From positions 1,376,001 to 1,440,000 of the forward strand of contig OZ244188.1 of assembly GCA_965216635.1 (NCBI GenBank): a stretch of DNA of 64,000 bases, in the 5' to 3' direction. The notes beneath the pieces are model-generated. The model saw only the letters and a program-made list of their open reading frames with translations, did no database searches and was not told the origin of the DNA. Shown piece after piece: positions 8,199-17,194 of the stretch (positions are counted from its first letter, which is position 1; each line of letters opens with the position of its first letter). The translations under genes and the position numbers were made by a program. Source of the stretch: a bacterium (GTDB taxonomy: Bacteria > SAR324 > XYD2-FULL-50-16 > G965216635).

Positions 8199-9614
8199 AT
8201 GAAAAACACAAATTCCCAAGTTTTAAGGAAAACTTTTGCTGTTCGTTTTATTTTGGCTCGTTTTACTCTGGTTCGTTTTATTTTGGTTCGTTTCGTTTTG
8301 GCTCGTTTCGTTTTGGCGGCTATTCTTGTTCCCGCCCTTCTTATAGGAAGTGTCTTTACTTTTGGAGGCGGGAATCTGCAAGCCCAAGCGAATGGTAGCC
8401 CAAATGGTCAGAGTAGCAAGCAGGGATTTTTCGTTGGTATTGTCTATCTAAATGGTTTTAAGGTGGATAGCACAAAAACTGTCACGACCAAAAAAAACTC
8501 TATTACAAGATATAGAATTAAAGACTATTCAGCAATCACATCGGAGATAAAAGCTGACGCTAGTACCTATTTTGATATTACTGAGATTCCTTATAATAGT
8601 GGGTTACATCATTCCAATGGAATAGAAGCTCTTTTTAAAAAGAGTTGTGAAAAAATAGGAGTCACAGAGGCTCCAGCGGATGGTAAAACTTATCAATACC
8701 AGAATCCTTCACTGTATTCTTTTGATGCAGGCACAAGTATAGGTGAAGGAACTATTGTGACTTCCACAGGTGATGGACCTGGCACAATAGTGCACAGTGG
8801 ACGGAATATATTTCCTACGGGAGTTGGAAATGACGGACGAGACACTAATTATTGTTACAGTTATTTTTACGGTGATGCTTCCGCAGCTCGTACCATTTTT
8901 GTTGATTCTAATTACTCTGAATACAAAGTGACTGAAGATTCAGCGCCAGTTTCTCAGGTTACAAACTCCTCGTCCAGCAAAGGCGATAGCATCTCAGGTA
9001 TTGGTCTGCAATTTAGCTTTAGGTGGGAAAAATGGAGAGCCTCTCTGACCCATTTTACTGGCTCTGGGGGAGCTAACGAGCTCACCAATACACTAGTTAT
9101 GGCGGATTATTTTGTAAACGAGAATTTTTTTGTAGGAGGTGGTCTGGCGAGTATGAAGCTCCAAAATAGCTCAACCAGTGGCTCTGCCACAAGTCCCGCG
9201 ATTCAGATCGGCTATAAGAAGAACTTAACCCCCAACCTATTCTTTAATCTTGGCTTGACGAAGTATATCTCGGGAGTTTCTCTAAGCCATACGACTTACG
9301 CTAAGAATCAGACTGCTCCTACTCCTACTGGCATCACTTTTAAGCCAAAACAGACTAAAGAAGGCGATTCAGCAGTGGTTGGTGCTAGAATAAGGCATGG
9401 TGTGGGACAATCACAAGTTTTTAGTGCCCGTTACACTTTAGATAATAGAGTATTCCTACGTGATCATAGAACACGAGTAACCCAAGTCTACAGCAGAACT
9501 GTAAATATAGAAGAAATGCGAATTCCAATAGGAGCAACAGAAACAACCACCAAAAGCGACGCCGAAATCAAAGCACCCCTCGTCATCAGCATCTCCTTCC
9601 ACTTGAGTTTTTAA
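8199..9614 (+). CDS. Variable outer-membrane beta-barrel protein, copy 3
   Basis: Same architecture as copies 1 and 2. Confidence 0.8.
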   Translation: MKNTNSQVLRKTFAVRFILARFTLVRFILVRFVLARFVLAAILVPALLIGSVFTFGGGNLQAQANGSPNGQSSKQGFFVGIVYLNGFKVDSTKTVTTKKNSITRYRIKDYSAITSEIKADASTYFDITEIPYNSGLHHSNGIEALFKKSCEKIGVTEAPADGKTYQYQNPSLYSFDAGTSIGEGTIVTSTGDGPGTIVHSGRNIFPTGVGNDGRDTNYCYSYFYGDASAARTIFVDSNYSEYKVTEDSAPVSQVTNSSSSKGDSISGIGLQFSFRWEKWRASLTHFTGSGGANELTNTLVMADYFVNENFFVGGGLASMKLQNSSTSGSATSPAIQIGYKKNLTPNLFFNLGLTKYISGVSLSHTTYAKNQTAPTPTGITFKPKQTKEGDSAVVGARIRHGVGQSQVFSARYTLDNRVFLRDHRTRVTQVYSRTVNIEEMRIPIGATETTTKSDAEIKAPLVISISFHLSF

Positions 9615-9656
9615 GAAAAAAAAACTGCAGGGAACATTTTTATAATAGCATAACAT

Positions 9657-9992
9657 GTAGAGACGCCCTACAGGGCGTCTTATATGATGTGCATAAACCA
9701 CAAAAAGCTGTTTTTAATAAACGTTCTAAATTTATGAGACGCCCATATAGGACGTCTTATATGATGTGCATAAACCACAAAAAGCTGTTTTTAATAAACG
9801 TTCTAAATTTATGAGACGCCCATATAGGACGTCTTATATGATGTGCATAAACCACAAAAAGCTGTTTTTAATAAACGTTCTAAATTTATGAGACGCCCAT
9901 ATAGGACGTCTTATATGATGTGCATAAACCACAAAAAGCTGTTTTTAATAAACGTTCTAAATTTATGAGACGCCCATATAGGACGTCTCTAC
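9657..9992. repeat. GTAG-type REP array (5 palindromes, 76-77-bp period)
   Basis: GAGACGCCC starts at 9660, 9736, 9813, 9890 and 9967; linkers identical. Confidence 0.9.
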
Positions 9993-10019
9993 AGACCTAC
10001 ATAAAATAAAAAAAAAATA

Positions 10020-10466
10020 ATGTTAAGAACAGCCCCAACACAAACAAAAATAGCCTCTAAAGACTACCAGATAATTGTAGCTCATGTTTTAAAAATTCTG
10101 CAAAAAAACAAAGAAGAACAAAAATTAAACTTAGATTTCTCCGCACCTGCAACTAAAGGTGACATAATAGAAAGTAGAAACGAATTGACAAAAATCATCA
10201 CAAAGAACAGAAACGACCTAGAAAAAATCATCACAAAGAACAGAAACGACCTAGAAAAAACCATCACAGACAACAGAAACGAAACAAACCTGAAATTGAA
10301 AGATATTGAGAAGGAAATAGTAGAAATTAAAAGCAACCTTGAGTTAAAAATATCAGAAAGTAGAGTTCATATAATCAAATGGGTTGTTGCGACTAACTTA
10401 ACCGGCATGGGTATATTGCTTGTTATAATATTTGGATTGGTGCAATTTTTAAAAGTGGCAACATAA
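10020..10466 (+). CDS. DUF1640/CCDC90/Bdr-like coiled-coil membrane protein with 11-aa repeats
   Basis: ATKGDI motif, KIITKNRNDLE repeats (33 bp, about 10191-10283), IIKWVV plus C-terminal TM helix. Confidence 0.7.
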   Translation: MLRTAPTQTKIASKDYQIIVAHVLKILQKNKEEQKLNLDFSAPATKGDIIESRNELTKIITKNRNDLEKIITKNRNDLEKTITDNRNETNLKLKDIEKEIVEIKSNLELKISESRVHIIKWVVATNLTGMGILLVIIFGLVQFLKVAT

Positions 10467-10569
10467 GCATAAAATGCGTCTCCATCCCACAGAAAAAGTG
10501 TAAATTAGTTTGAAAACTCTACAGAAATAATTTTGATTTTTCTCTTTAACAAGGTCTTAAAGACTTGTA

Positions 10570-11589
10570 CTAAAAATCAAACCGAACTTCATCCACTAAC
10601 TCAGAGGCAATTTTACTATTTTCAGCAATTTTAGAAATACCTTTGAAATTCATTTTGAATTTTCCAAATTCTTTTTTTAGAAAATCAGCAGGCTCTACTC
10701 CCTTACGAACAGGAAATTCGTAATTGACAGCAGCATAAATTTTTTGAGCTTCTCTACTCAAAAAAAATTCCATCAGTTGAATCGCTTCTTTTTTATTAGG
10801 AGCATACTTCGTCAAAGCCATCCCAGAAATATTCATATGAGTCCCCAATCCTTTTTGATTTGGAGTAATAGGATAAACCGAAGCAGCCCATTTTTTTTGA
10901 ATAGGATTTTTTTCATTCGTTGCCATAATCCCGAGATAATAAGAGTTACCTAAACTCAAATCACACTCTTCAGCATAAATAGCTTTTAGCTGAGCCCTAT
11001 CGTTGCCTTGCGGTCTACGGGCAAAATTGCCTTTTACATTCTCTAGCCATTGTTTGGTTTTTTCTCTTCCTAGCTCTCCAATTAAAAACGCAAAAAGCCC
11101 TATATTATAGCGGTGCTTTCCAGAACGCATGCAGATTTGATTTTTCCATTTCGCATCTCCTAGATCCTCGTAGTTTTGAATGCTTCCTTTGGGAATATTT
11201 TTTTTGGAAGCAAAAATCACTCTTGCACGTAGAGATTGAGCAAACCAGAGATTTTGTGGGTGTCTCAGTGCCTTAGGCACATGCCTATTTAAAAAACGAC
11301 TTCGTACAGGTTGTAGAAGATCTTTTTTTACCAATTCATTTAAACGGCTAACATCTACCGTGAGTACTAAATCTGCTGGACTTAAATCACCTTCTCCCGA
11401 TAACCTTTCGCTTAAACCAGCCTTTAAAAACAGAGTTTTGGTTTGAATACCTGTTTTTTTCTCAAAAGCTTTCAATAAAGGCTTGAGTAAAAAAGGTTGT
11501 CTGTAAGTATAGATAACAACTTCACCTTTGGCGAAGAGAGGGTTTGCCAATGCTGTTAGCACTGCAACGAAAATCAGTGTTTTTTTCAT
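10570..11589 (-). CDS. Fe(3+) ABC transporter substrate-binding protein (FutA/FbpA family)
   Basis: YTYRQ, SPADLVLTVD, RARVIF, GNDRAQ, GNSYY, NYEFPV motifs. Confidence 0.9.
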   Translation of the reverse strand: MKKTLIFVAVLTALANPLFAKGEVVIYTYRQPFLLKPLLKAFEKKTGIQTKTLFLKAGLSERLSGEGDLSPADLVLTVDVSRLNELVKKDLLQPVRSRFLNRHVPKALRHPQNLWFAQSLRARVIFASKKNIPKGSIQNYEDLGDAKWKNQICMRSGKHRYNIGLFAFLIGELGREKTKQWLENVKGNFARRPQGNDRAQLKAIYAEECDLSLGNSYYLGIMATNEKNPIQKKWAASVYPITPNQKGLGTHMNISGMALTKYAPNKKEAIQLMEFFLSREAQKIYAAVNYEFPVRKGVEPADFLKKEFGKFKMNFKGISKIAENSKIASELVDEVRFDF

Positions 11590-11709
11590 TTTTTTTTAGT
11601 TCAGGTTAATACTAGGTAAAGCATAGTGAAACCAAAGTACTTTACCTGTTTATTATTTGCTGCCTGACTACCAAAAAAAAATAAATTTATGGTTGGCTGG
11701 GTGGCTGGA

Positions 11710-11904
11710 TCATTTTGTAAGAATTAACTTATTATTCACGGTAAGCCTTAATTTATAGAACTCTTCACCGTGAGTAATAGTTAGTTCTCTACTATCGCAC
11801 AAAAGCTTTTTAATATCAACAGTATTTTTATCAATACTCACATTGCGGTTTTTTCTTTCACAACAAGGACTTTTTCCAGTATTACACGGTTCTTTTTCTG
11901 CCAT
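11710..11904 (-). CDS. hemP: Hemin uptake protein HemP-like
   Basis: C-terminal ELTITHGEEFYKLRLTVNNKLILTK is the HemP signature; next to the iron-binding protein gene. Confidence 0.85.
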   Translation of the reverse strand: MAEKEPCNTGKSPCCERKNRNVSIDKNTVDIKKLLCDSRELTITHGEEFYKLRLTVNNKLILTK

Positions 11905-12071
11905 TGATTCTATAATAGATTGAGTTGAAATTCTAGCTTTGAGTCTTTCAAAAAGTCAAATATTTTTCATTTTTTTTTGCAAAAAATAGTTAAAAATATT
12001 TTAAAATGATTTATTTTTAGAAAGACTATTAAATTAGAATAGCTGATTCAAAGGTTTCAGATAATTTTTAA

Positions 12072-13430
12072 TTAGAATAGCTGATTCAAAGGTTTCAGAG
12101 AATTTTTAATTTTTTGAACTTCTGTCTCTACAGAACCATCTTCCAATTCCAGCAAAAGAAAATTCTTGAGATGCACTTGAGAAATACTACGCACCACTAC
12201 ACCTTGGCTATCCACTATACGAGCGTAGCCTTGTTTTAAAGCATTGTGCGGATTGTATAGTTTTAATTCTTGATAGAGTCGCAAAAGTTTATTTTGTTTG
12301 TTTTGAAAATGAAAAAGTATATTTTCTTTCATTCTGTTTGTTTTTTCTAAAAGTTGTTTTTTATCTGTTGCAATTTTGTAAGCCAGAGGGATTTGCATTA
12401 AATTTTGGTGCAGCTGAGTTAAGTGATTTTTTTTTAAGGTAATTTGATTTTGCAAAATCAATTCTAAACGAGATTGTAATTCGTCTGTTTTTTGAATGGA
12501 GTTTTGGATAATAAAGATGGGGTTTTTAAGTTGAGCGAAAATTTTTTTAATGTAAAATTTTTTTAATTGCAGCTGGTTTTGGATAGATTGAATAAATTGT
12601 TTTTGAAAATTTTGGATTTTGAGTAGCAGATCATTTTTATCGGGAAAACTTGTTTCTGCAGCTTCTGAGGGAGTAGCTGATCTACGGTCTGCCACTAAAT
12701 CGCAGATGGTAAAATCGCTTTGATGTCCTACAGCTGAAAGAATCGGTTTTTTGCAATGAAAAATTTTGCGGGATAAATTCTCATCGTTAAAACACCAAAG
12801 ATCTTCCATAGAACCACCCCCTCTGGCTATCACGATTAAATCAATATCTGCTCTTTTTTCTAATTCTGTAATGGCTCTAATTAAAGAGGCTGCTGCTTGC
12901 TCTCCTTGGACTAAAGAATGGGCAACAAGAATTTTTATTTGCGGTGCTCTTCTCTGGGAAATACTCAATATATCTTGCAAAGCAGCTCCTGTAGCAGAAG
13001 TGATAACACCAATTTTTTTTGGATAGGAAGGTAGTGCTCTTTTATGCTTTAAATCAAATAAACCTTCCTCTTTGAGTTTTTTCTTTAGCTCTTCAAAACG
13101 AATTTGTAGCTCTCCCATACCAACAGGAAATAGTTGCTTGATAATGAGTTGATAGCTTCCCCTAGGCTCATAAACTCCAAGTCTGCCTATCGCAATGATT
13201 TCGTTGCCATTTTCTATTTTAAGAGGAAGACTCCGAGCGACTGCTCTAAACAAAACACAACTTATTTGCGCTTTTTCATCTTTGAGTTGAAAATAAGCAT
13301 GCCCAGAGCTAGCAAAAGTAATCCCTGAAATTTCTCCTTGAATCCAAATATTGAGATACTTTTGCTCTATTAGGTTTTTTAATTCTAAAGTGATCTCAGA
13401 GACTTTGTAGATTTTTTCTGCTTTTTCCAT
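12072..13430 (-). CDS. xseA: Exodeoxyribonuclease VII large subunit
   Basis: WIQGEISG..SGHAYFQLKD, IARGGGSMEDLWCFN, AVGHQSDFTI.D.VAD. Confidence 0.96.
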   Translation of the reverse strand: MEKAEKIYKVSEITLELKNLIEQKYLNIWIQGEISGITFASSGHAYFQLKDEKAQISCVLFRAVARSLPLKIENGNEIIAIGRLGVYEPRGSYQLIIKQLFPVGMGELQIRFEELKKKLKEEGLFDLKHKRALPSYPKKIGVITSATGAALQDILSISQRRAPQIKILVAHSLVQGEQAAASLIRAITELEKRADIDLIVIARGGGSMEDLWCFNDENLSRKIFHCKKPILSAVGHQSDFTICDLVADRRSATPSEAAETSFPDKNDLLLKIQNFQKQFIQSIQNQLQLKKFYIKKIFAQLKNPIFIIQNSIQKTDELQSRLELILQNQITLKKNHLTQLHQNLMQIPLAYKIATDKKQLLEKTNRMKENILFHFQNKQNKLLRLYQELKLYNPHNALKQGYARIVDSQGVVVRSISQVHLKNFLLLELEDGSVETEVQKIKNSLKPLNQLF

Positions 13431-13432
13431 AG

Positions 13433-13519
13433 TTTATAAGCCTGCTTTTTTCATAATTTATAAGCCTGCTTTTTTCATAATTTATAAGCCTGCTTTTTTC
13501 ATAATTTATAAGCCTGCTT
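13433..13519 (-). repeat. 24-bp tandem repeat x3.6 directly upstream of xseA
   Basis: tttataagcctgcttttttcataa at 13433, 13457, 13481 and partial at 13505. Confidence 0.9.
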
Positions 13520-13529
13520 GAACTAATCG

Positions 13530-14810
13530 TTAATTTTTCTTTTTTTTATAAGTAGCCTTAATATGTCCCTTCCCCTTAAGAATATATTTATAAATCATCA
13601 ATCCTTCCAAACCTACAGGTCCCCGAGCATGGAATTTATTGGTACTGACTCCTACTTCTGCTCCAAAGCCGTAGACTTCACCATCAGCAAACCTAGTAGA
13701 CGCGTTATGATATACTCCAGCAGAATCCACCATCCACAAAAAATTTTCGGCAACTTCTTTATCTTCGGTTACAATACAATCGGTATGTTGTGAGCCGTAG
13801 TGATTGATATGGGAGATGGCTTCTTGTGGGCTAGCAACATCTTTTACAGCTATGACCAAATCGTTGTATTCACTACTCCAATCTTGCTCGGTTACCAATT
13901 TATAAGGTAATGAATTTTTTTGGGCTAAAGAAACAAGATTTTTCGTTAGCCTTAGTTCTACCCCTTTGTTTGCCAAATTTTCTAAAATTTTTAGCTGTAA
14001 TGACTTTGCCAATTCTCGGTGCAAAAGAAGAGTTTCTGTGGCATTGCAAACGGCTGGGTATTGCGTTTTTCCATCTACGACAATAGAAATCGCTTTTTTG
14101 GCATCTGCCTTTTTATCTACATAGATATGGCAAATTCCATCGGCGTGTCCTAAAACAGGGATATTGGTGTTTTTGCGGATATTTTTAACAAGAGACTGAC
14201 TACCCCTAGGTATAATGAGGTCAATTCCTTTTTTTTGGATTAAACTATGAACTTCTAATCTTGTTTGCAAAAGGAAAATAAGCCCCTCTAGTTGATACGA
14301 TTTTAAGACTTCGTTTATAATTTCAAAGAGGATTAAATTGGTATGTTTAGCTTCTCTTCCTCCTTTCAGTAAAACAGCATTACCTGATTTTATAGCAAGC
14401 GAGCTAACCTGCACTAAAACTTCTGGGCGACTCTCAAAAATTACCAATAAAACACCAATAGGCACAGAATATCTTTCTAAAAATAAACCTTTCGCCAATC
14501 TACGGCTGTATTGTTTATTCTTAACAGGATCTTTGATTTTGCGAATGGTTTTTGGGTATTTTTTGAGTTGCTCTATTTTCTCCTCGTCCAAGCAAAGCCT
14601 CTGATACAAAGCTAAGGAAAGTTTTTTATTTTTTACTAACGATTTAGCAAGCTGTTGATCTATTTGATTAGCCTGCATGATTTCTTTTCTGCGCTGCTCT
14701 AGTTTAAGAAAAATATCCTTTAAAATTTGGTTGCGATATTTTGATTTTTTATTGCAAATCTCTAGAGATTTTTCTTGTGCTGTTTGAATTATGGCTTCAA
14801 AGCTATTCAT
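13530..14810 (-). CDS. proA: Glutamate-5-semialdehyde dehydrogenase
   Basis: VIFESRP, LKGGREA, YPAVCNATE, NASTRFADG, HARGPVGL. Confidence 0.96.
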   Translation of the reverse strand: MNSFEAIIQTAQEKSLEICNKKSKYRNQILKDIFLKLEQRRKEIMQANQIDQQLAKSLVKNKKLSLALYQRLCLDEEKIEQLKKYPKTIRKIKDPVKNKQYSRRLAKGLFLERYSVPIGVLLVIFESRPEVLVQVSSLAIKSGNAVLLKGGREAKHTNLILFEIINEVLKSYQLEGLIFLLQTRLEVHSLIQKKGIDLIIPRGSQSLVKNIRKNTNIPVLGHADGICHIYVDKKADAKKAISIVVDGKTQYPAVCNATETLLLHRELAKSLQLKILENLANKGVELRLTKNLVSLAQKNSLPYKLVTEQDWSSEYNDLVIAVKDVASPQEAISHINHYGSQHTDCIVTEDKEVAENFLWMVDSAGVYHNASTRFADGEVYGFGAEVGVSTNKFHARGPVGLEGLMIYKYILKGKGHIKATYKKKKN

Positions 14811-15006
14811 ATTTACTTCAAATAAATGAGAGAGACTGTACTGTCTGCTCTACTTGGACTAAAGAATCTAGATCTTTACCTATTGGGGGCTATACGGCGG
14901 TGTTCCAAGCATTTTATTCCTTAAAATGCCTGTCCTACTTGGATAAGACAAAGCAAGGGCTAATGCAGATACAAAAGCTTCGTAAAAATTATAAATTAAA
15001 ATTTAG

Positions 15007-15248
15007 TGAGACCTTTGAATTAGTGGTTTCCTTTTCGTATTTGGCTTAGCTAATCTATTGGCTATTGGGGCTAGCCAAATAGTTAGAAAAGTGCAAAAAA
15101 AAAACCAGCTCGCTGGAATACTCTCTTACTGCTTGACACAAAATAAGGGTTATATAGACTGCAAAAGCTCCGCTGGAGCTTTTGCTAAAGCCTGTATTGG
15201 CGTAAAAGCAATAAACTTGGGCTAACAGAATGAAAATTCAAAAGTCTA
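15007..15248. mobile_element. RPE-like MITE, degenerate composite copy
   Basis: TGAGACCTTTGAATTAG...AAATTCAAAAGTCTA; shares the GCAAAAGCTCC hairpin with the copy at 1850. Confidence 0.75.
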
Positions 15249-15305
15249 TCTAGTCTTGTCTAGCTCTCTTAATAATGCCTGATTCAACAGTCTCAATGAG
15301 AGAAC

Positions 15306-17180
15306 TTACCGTTTGGAATATTGGAATTTGGCTCTGGCTCCTTTCTGACCGTATTTTTTTCTTTCTACCACTCTAGAATCTCTTGTTAAAAAACCTTCGC
15401 TGCGAAACTTAATTCGCCACTCAGGATTGAATTTTGAAAGAGCACGCGACAATCCGAGTTTTACTGCCCCCGCTTGACCAGACACACCACCACCTTTCAC
15501 AAATGCCTTGACATTCATTTTTGCTTTAAATTTTACCAATTCCAAAGGCATAAGAGCAGTTTTAGTAAGACTGGCTAGAGTAAAATAATTTTTTAATTCT
15601 CTTTTATTAACAAAAAATTTTCCGTTACCTGTTTGAATATAAACACGAGCTAAAGCATTTTTTCTTCTTCCAATACTATGAAACTGTCCTACTTTTTTGG
15701 CGAGTTTATTTAGTTTCACCTGTTCTAATTGTTTGATTTTGTTTGCAAGCACCATCTGTTCGCGCTTCTCGGCTTGCTCTGGTGTCAATTCTACCTTTGC
15801 TTGCTGTTTCTTTGCCTGTTCTGGTTGTTTGGACTGTTTTAATTTTGCTTGATGTTTATTTGCTTGTTCTGGTTGTTTGGACTGTTCTAATTTTGTTTGC
15901 TGTTTATTTGCCTGTTCTGGTTGTTTGGGCTGTTCTAATTTTGCTTGCTGTTTCTTTGCCTGTTCTGGTTGTTTGGACTGTTTTAATCTTGCTTGATGTT
16001 TATTTGCCTGTTCTGGTTGTTTGGGTTGTTCTAATTTTGTTTGCTGTTTGGTTACTTGCTCTACTTTTTTGGGATCTTTTGCTTGCTCTACTTTTTCAGG
16101 CTCTTTTGCTTGCTCTACTTTTTCAGGCTCTTTTGCTTGCTCTACTTTTTTAGGCTCTTTTTCTTGCTCTTTTGCTTGCTTGGTTGCCTGCTCTACTTTT
16201 TCGGGCTCTTTTGCTTGATTAGTTGCTTGCTCTACTTTTTTGGGCTCTTTTGCCTGCTCTACTTTTTTGGGATCTTTTGGTTGCTTGGTTGCTTGCTCTA
16301 CTTTTTCAGGCTCTTTTGCTTGATTAGTTGCTTGCTCTACTTTTTTGGGCTCTTTTGCTTGCTCTTTTGCTTGCTTAGTTACTTGCTCTACTTTTTCAGG
16401 CTCTTTTGCTTGATTAGTTGCTTGCTCTACTTTTTTGGGCTCTTTTGCTTGATTAGTTGCTTGCTCTACTTTTTTGGGCTCTTTTGCCTGCTCTACTTTT
16501 TCGGGCTCTTTTTCTTGCTCTTTTGCTTGCTCTACTTTTTCGGGCTCTTTTGCTTGCTCTTTTGCTTGCTCTACTTTTTCAGGCTCTTTTGCCTGCTCTA
16601 CTTTTTTGGGCTCTTTTGCTTGCTCTTTTGCTTGCTTAGTTGCCTGCTCTACTTTTTCGGGCTCTTTTGCTTGCTGCTTGGTTGCTTGCTCTACTTTTTC
16701 AGGCTCTTTTGCTTGCTCTTTTGCTTGCTTAGTTGCTTGCTCTACTTTTTCGGGCTCTTTTGCTTGCTTGGTTGCCTGCTCTACTTTTTCAGGCTCTTTT
16801 GCTTGCTCTTTTGCTTGCTCTTTTTCTTGCTCTACTTTTTCGGGCTCTTTTTCTTGCTCTTTTGCTTGCTCTACTTTTTCGGGCTCTTTTGCTTGCTCTT
16901 TTGCTTGCTCTACTTTTTCAGGCTCTTTTGCCTGCTCTACTTTTTCTTGCTCTTTTGCTTGCTTAGTTGCCTGCTCTACTTTTTCTTGCTCTTTTGCTTG
17001 TTTGGTTGCCTGCTCTACTTTTTGGGGCTCTTTTGCTTGCTTAGTTGCTTGTTCTACTTTTTCAGGCTCTTTTGCTTGCTCTTTTGCTTGCTCTTTCGCT
17101 TGTTTGGTTGCTTGCTCTTTTGCTTGATTAGCTGCTTGCTGCTCTTTTTGGGAAGGTTCTGTTTTTTTTTGTTCTGACAT
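15306..17180 (-). CDS. rpsI: 30S ribosomal protein S9 with a ~490-aa repetitive N-terminal extension
   Basis: C-terminal GRRKNALARV...GGGVSGQAGA...LTRDSRVVERKKYG..ARAKFQYSKR; follows rplM. Confidence 0.93.
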   Translation of the reverse strand: MSEQKKTEPSQKEQQAANQAKEQATKQAKEQAKEQAKEPEKVEQATKQAKEPQKVEQATKQAKEQEKVEQATKQAKEQEKVEQAKEPEKVEQAKEQAKEPEKVEQAKEQEKEPEKVEQEKEQAKEQAKEPEKVEQATKQAKEPEKVEQATKQAKEQAKEPEKVEQATKQQAKEPEKVEQATKQAKEQAKEPKKVEQAKEPEKVEQAKEQAKEPEKVEQAKEQEKEPEKVEQAKEPKKVEQATNQAKEPKKVEQATNQAKEPEKVEQVTKQAKEQAKEPKKVEQATNQAKEPEKVEQATKQPKDPKKVEQAKEPKKVEQATNQAKEPEKVEQATKQAKEQEKEPKKVEQAKEPEKVEQAKEPEKVEQAKDPKKVEQVTKQQTKLEQPKQPEQANKHQARLKQSKQPEQAKKQQAKLEQPKQPEQANKQQTKLEQSKQPEQANKHQAKLKQSKQPEQAKKQQAKVELTPEQAEKREQMVLANKIKQLEQVKLNKLAKKVGQFHSIGRRKNALARVYIQTGNGKFFVNKRELKNYFTLASLTKTALMPLELVKFKAKMNVKAFVKGGGVSGQAGAVKLGLSRALSKFNPEWRIKFRSEGFLTRDSRVVERKKYGQKGARAKFQYSKR

Positions 17181-17194
17181 TATTTTTTTAAGGA

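Noticed and set aside
4704..9614. Diversity-generating retroelement acting on the OMPs
   Set aside because: No reverse transcriptase or template repeat in the window. Differences include indels and block swaps and are not visibly adenine-restricted.
9657..9992. CRISPR array
   Set aside because: The sequences between palindromes are identical rather than unique spacers, there are no cas genes, and the GTAG/CTAC ends fit REPs.
11905..12020. Fur box upstream of hemP
   Set aside because: Expected from context, but no convincing match to GATAATGATAATCATTATC.
14811..15006. Possible gene remnant or ncRNA upstream of proA (ORF 14741-15049)
   Set aside because: Only short broken frames with no motif I can identify, and no recognisable RNA family.
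15743..17177. Long + strand Leu/Phe/Cys-rich ORFs (e.g. 16041-17177)
   Set aside because: Antisense shadows of the rpsI repeat region.
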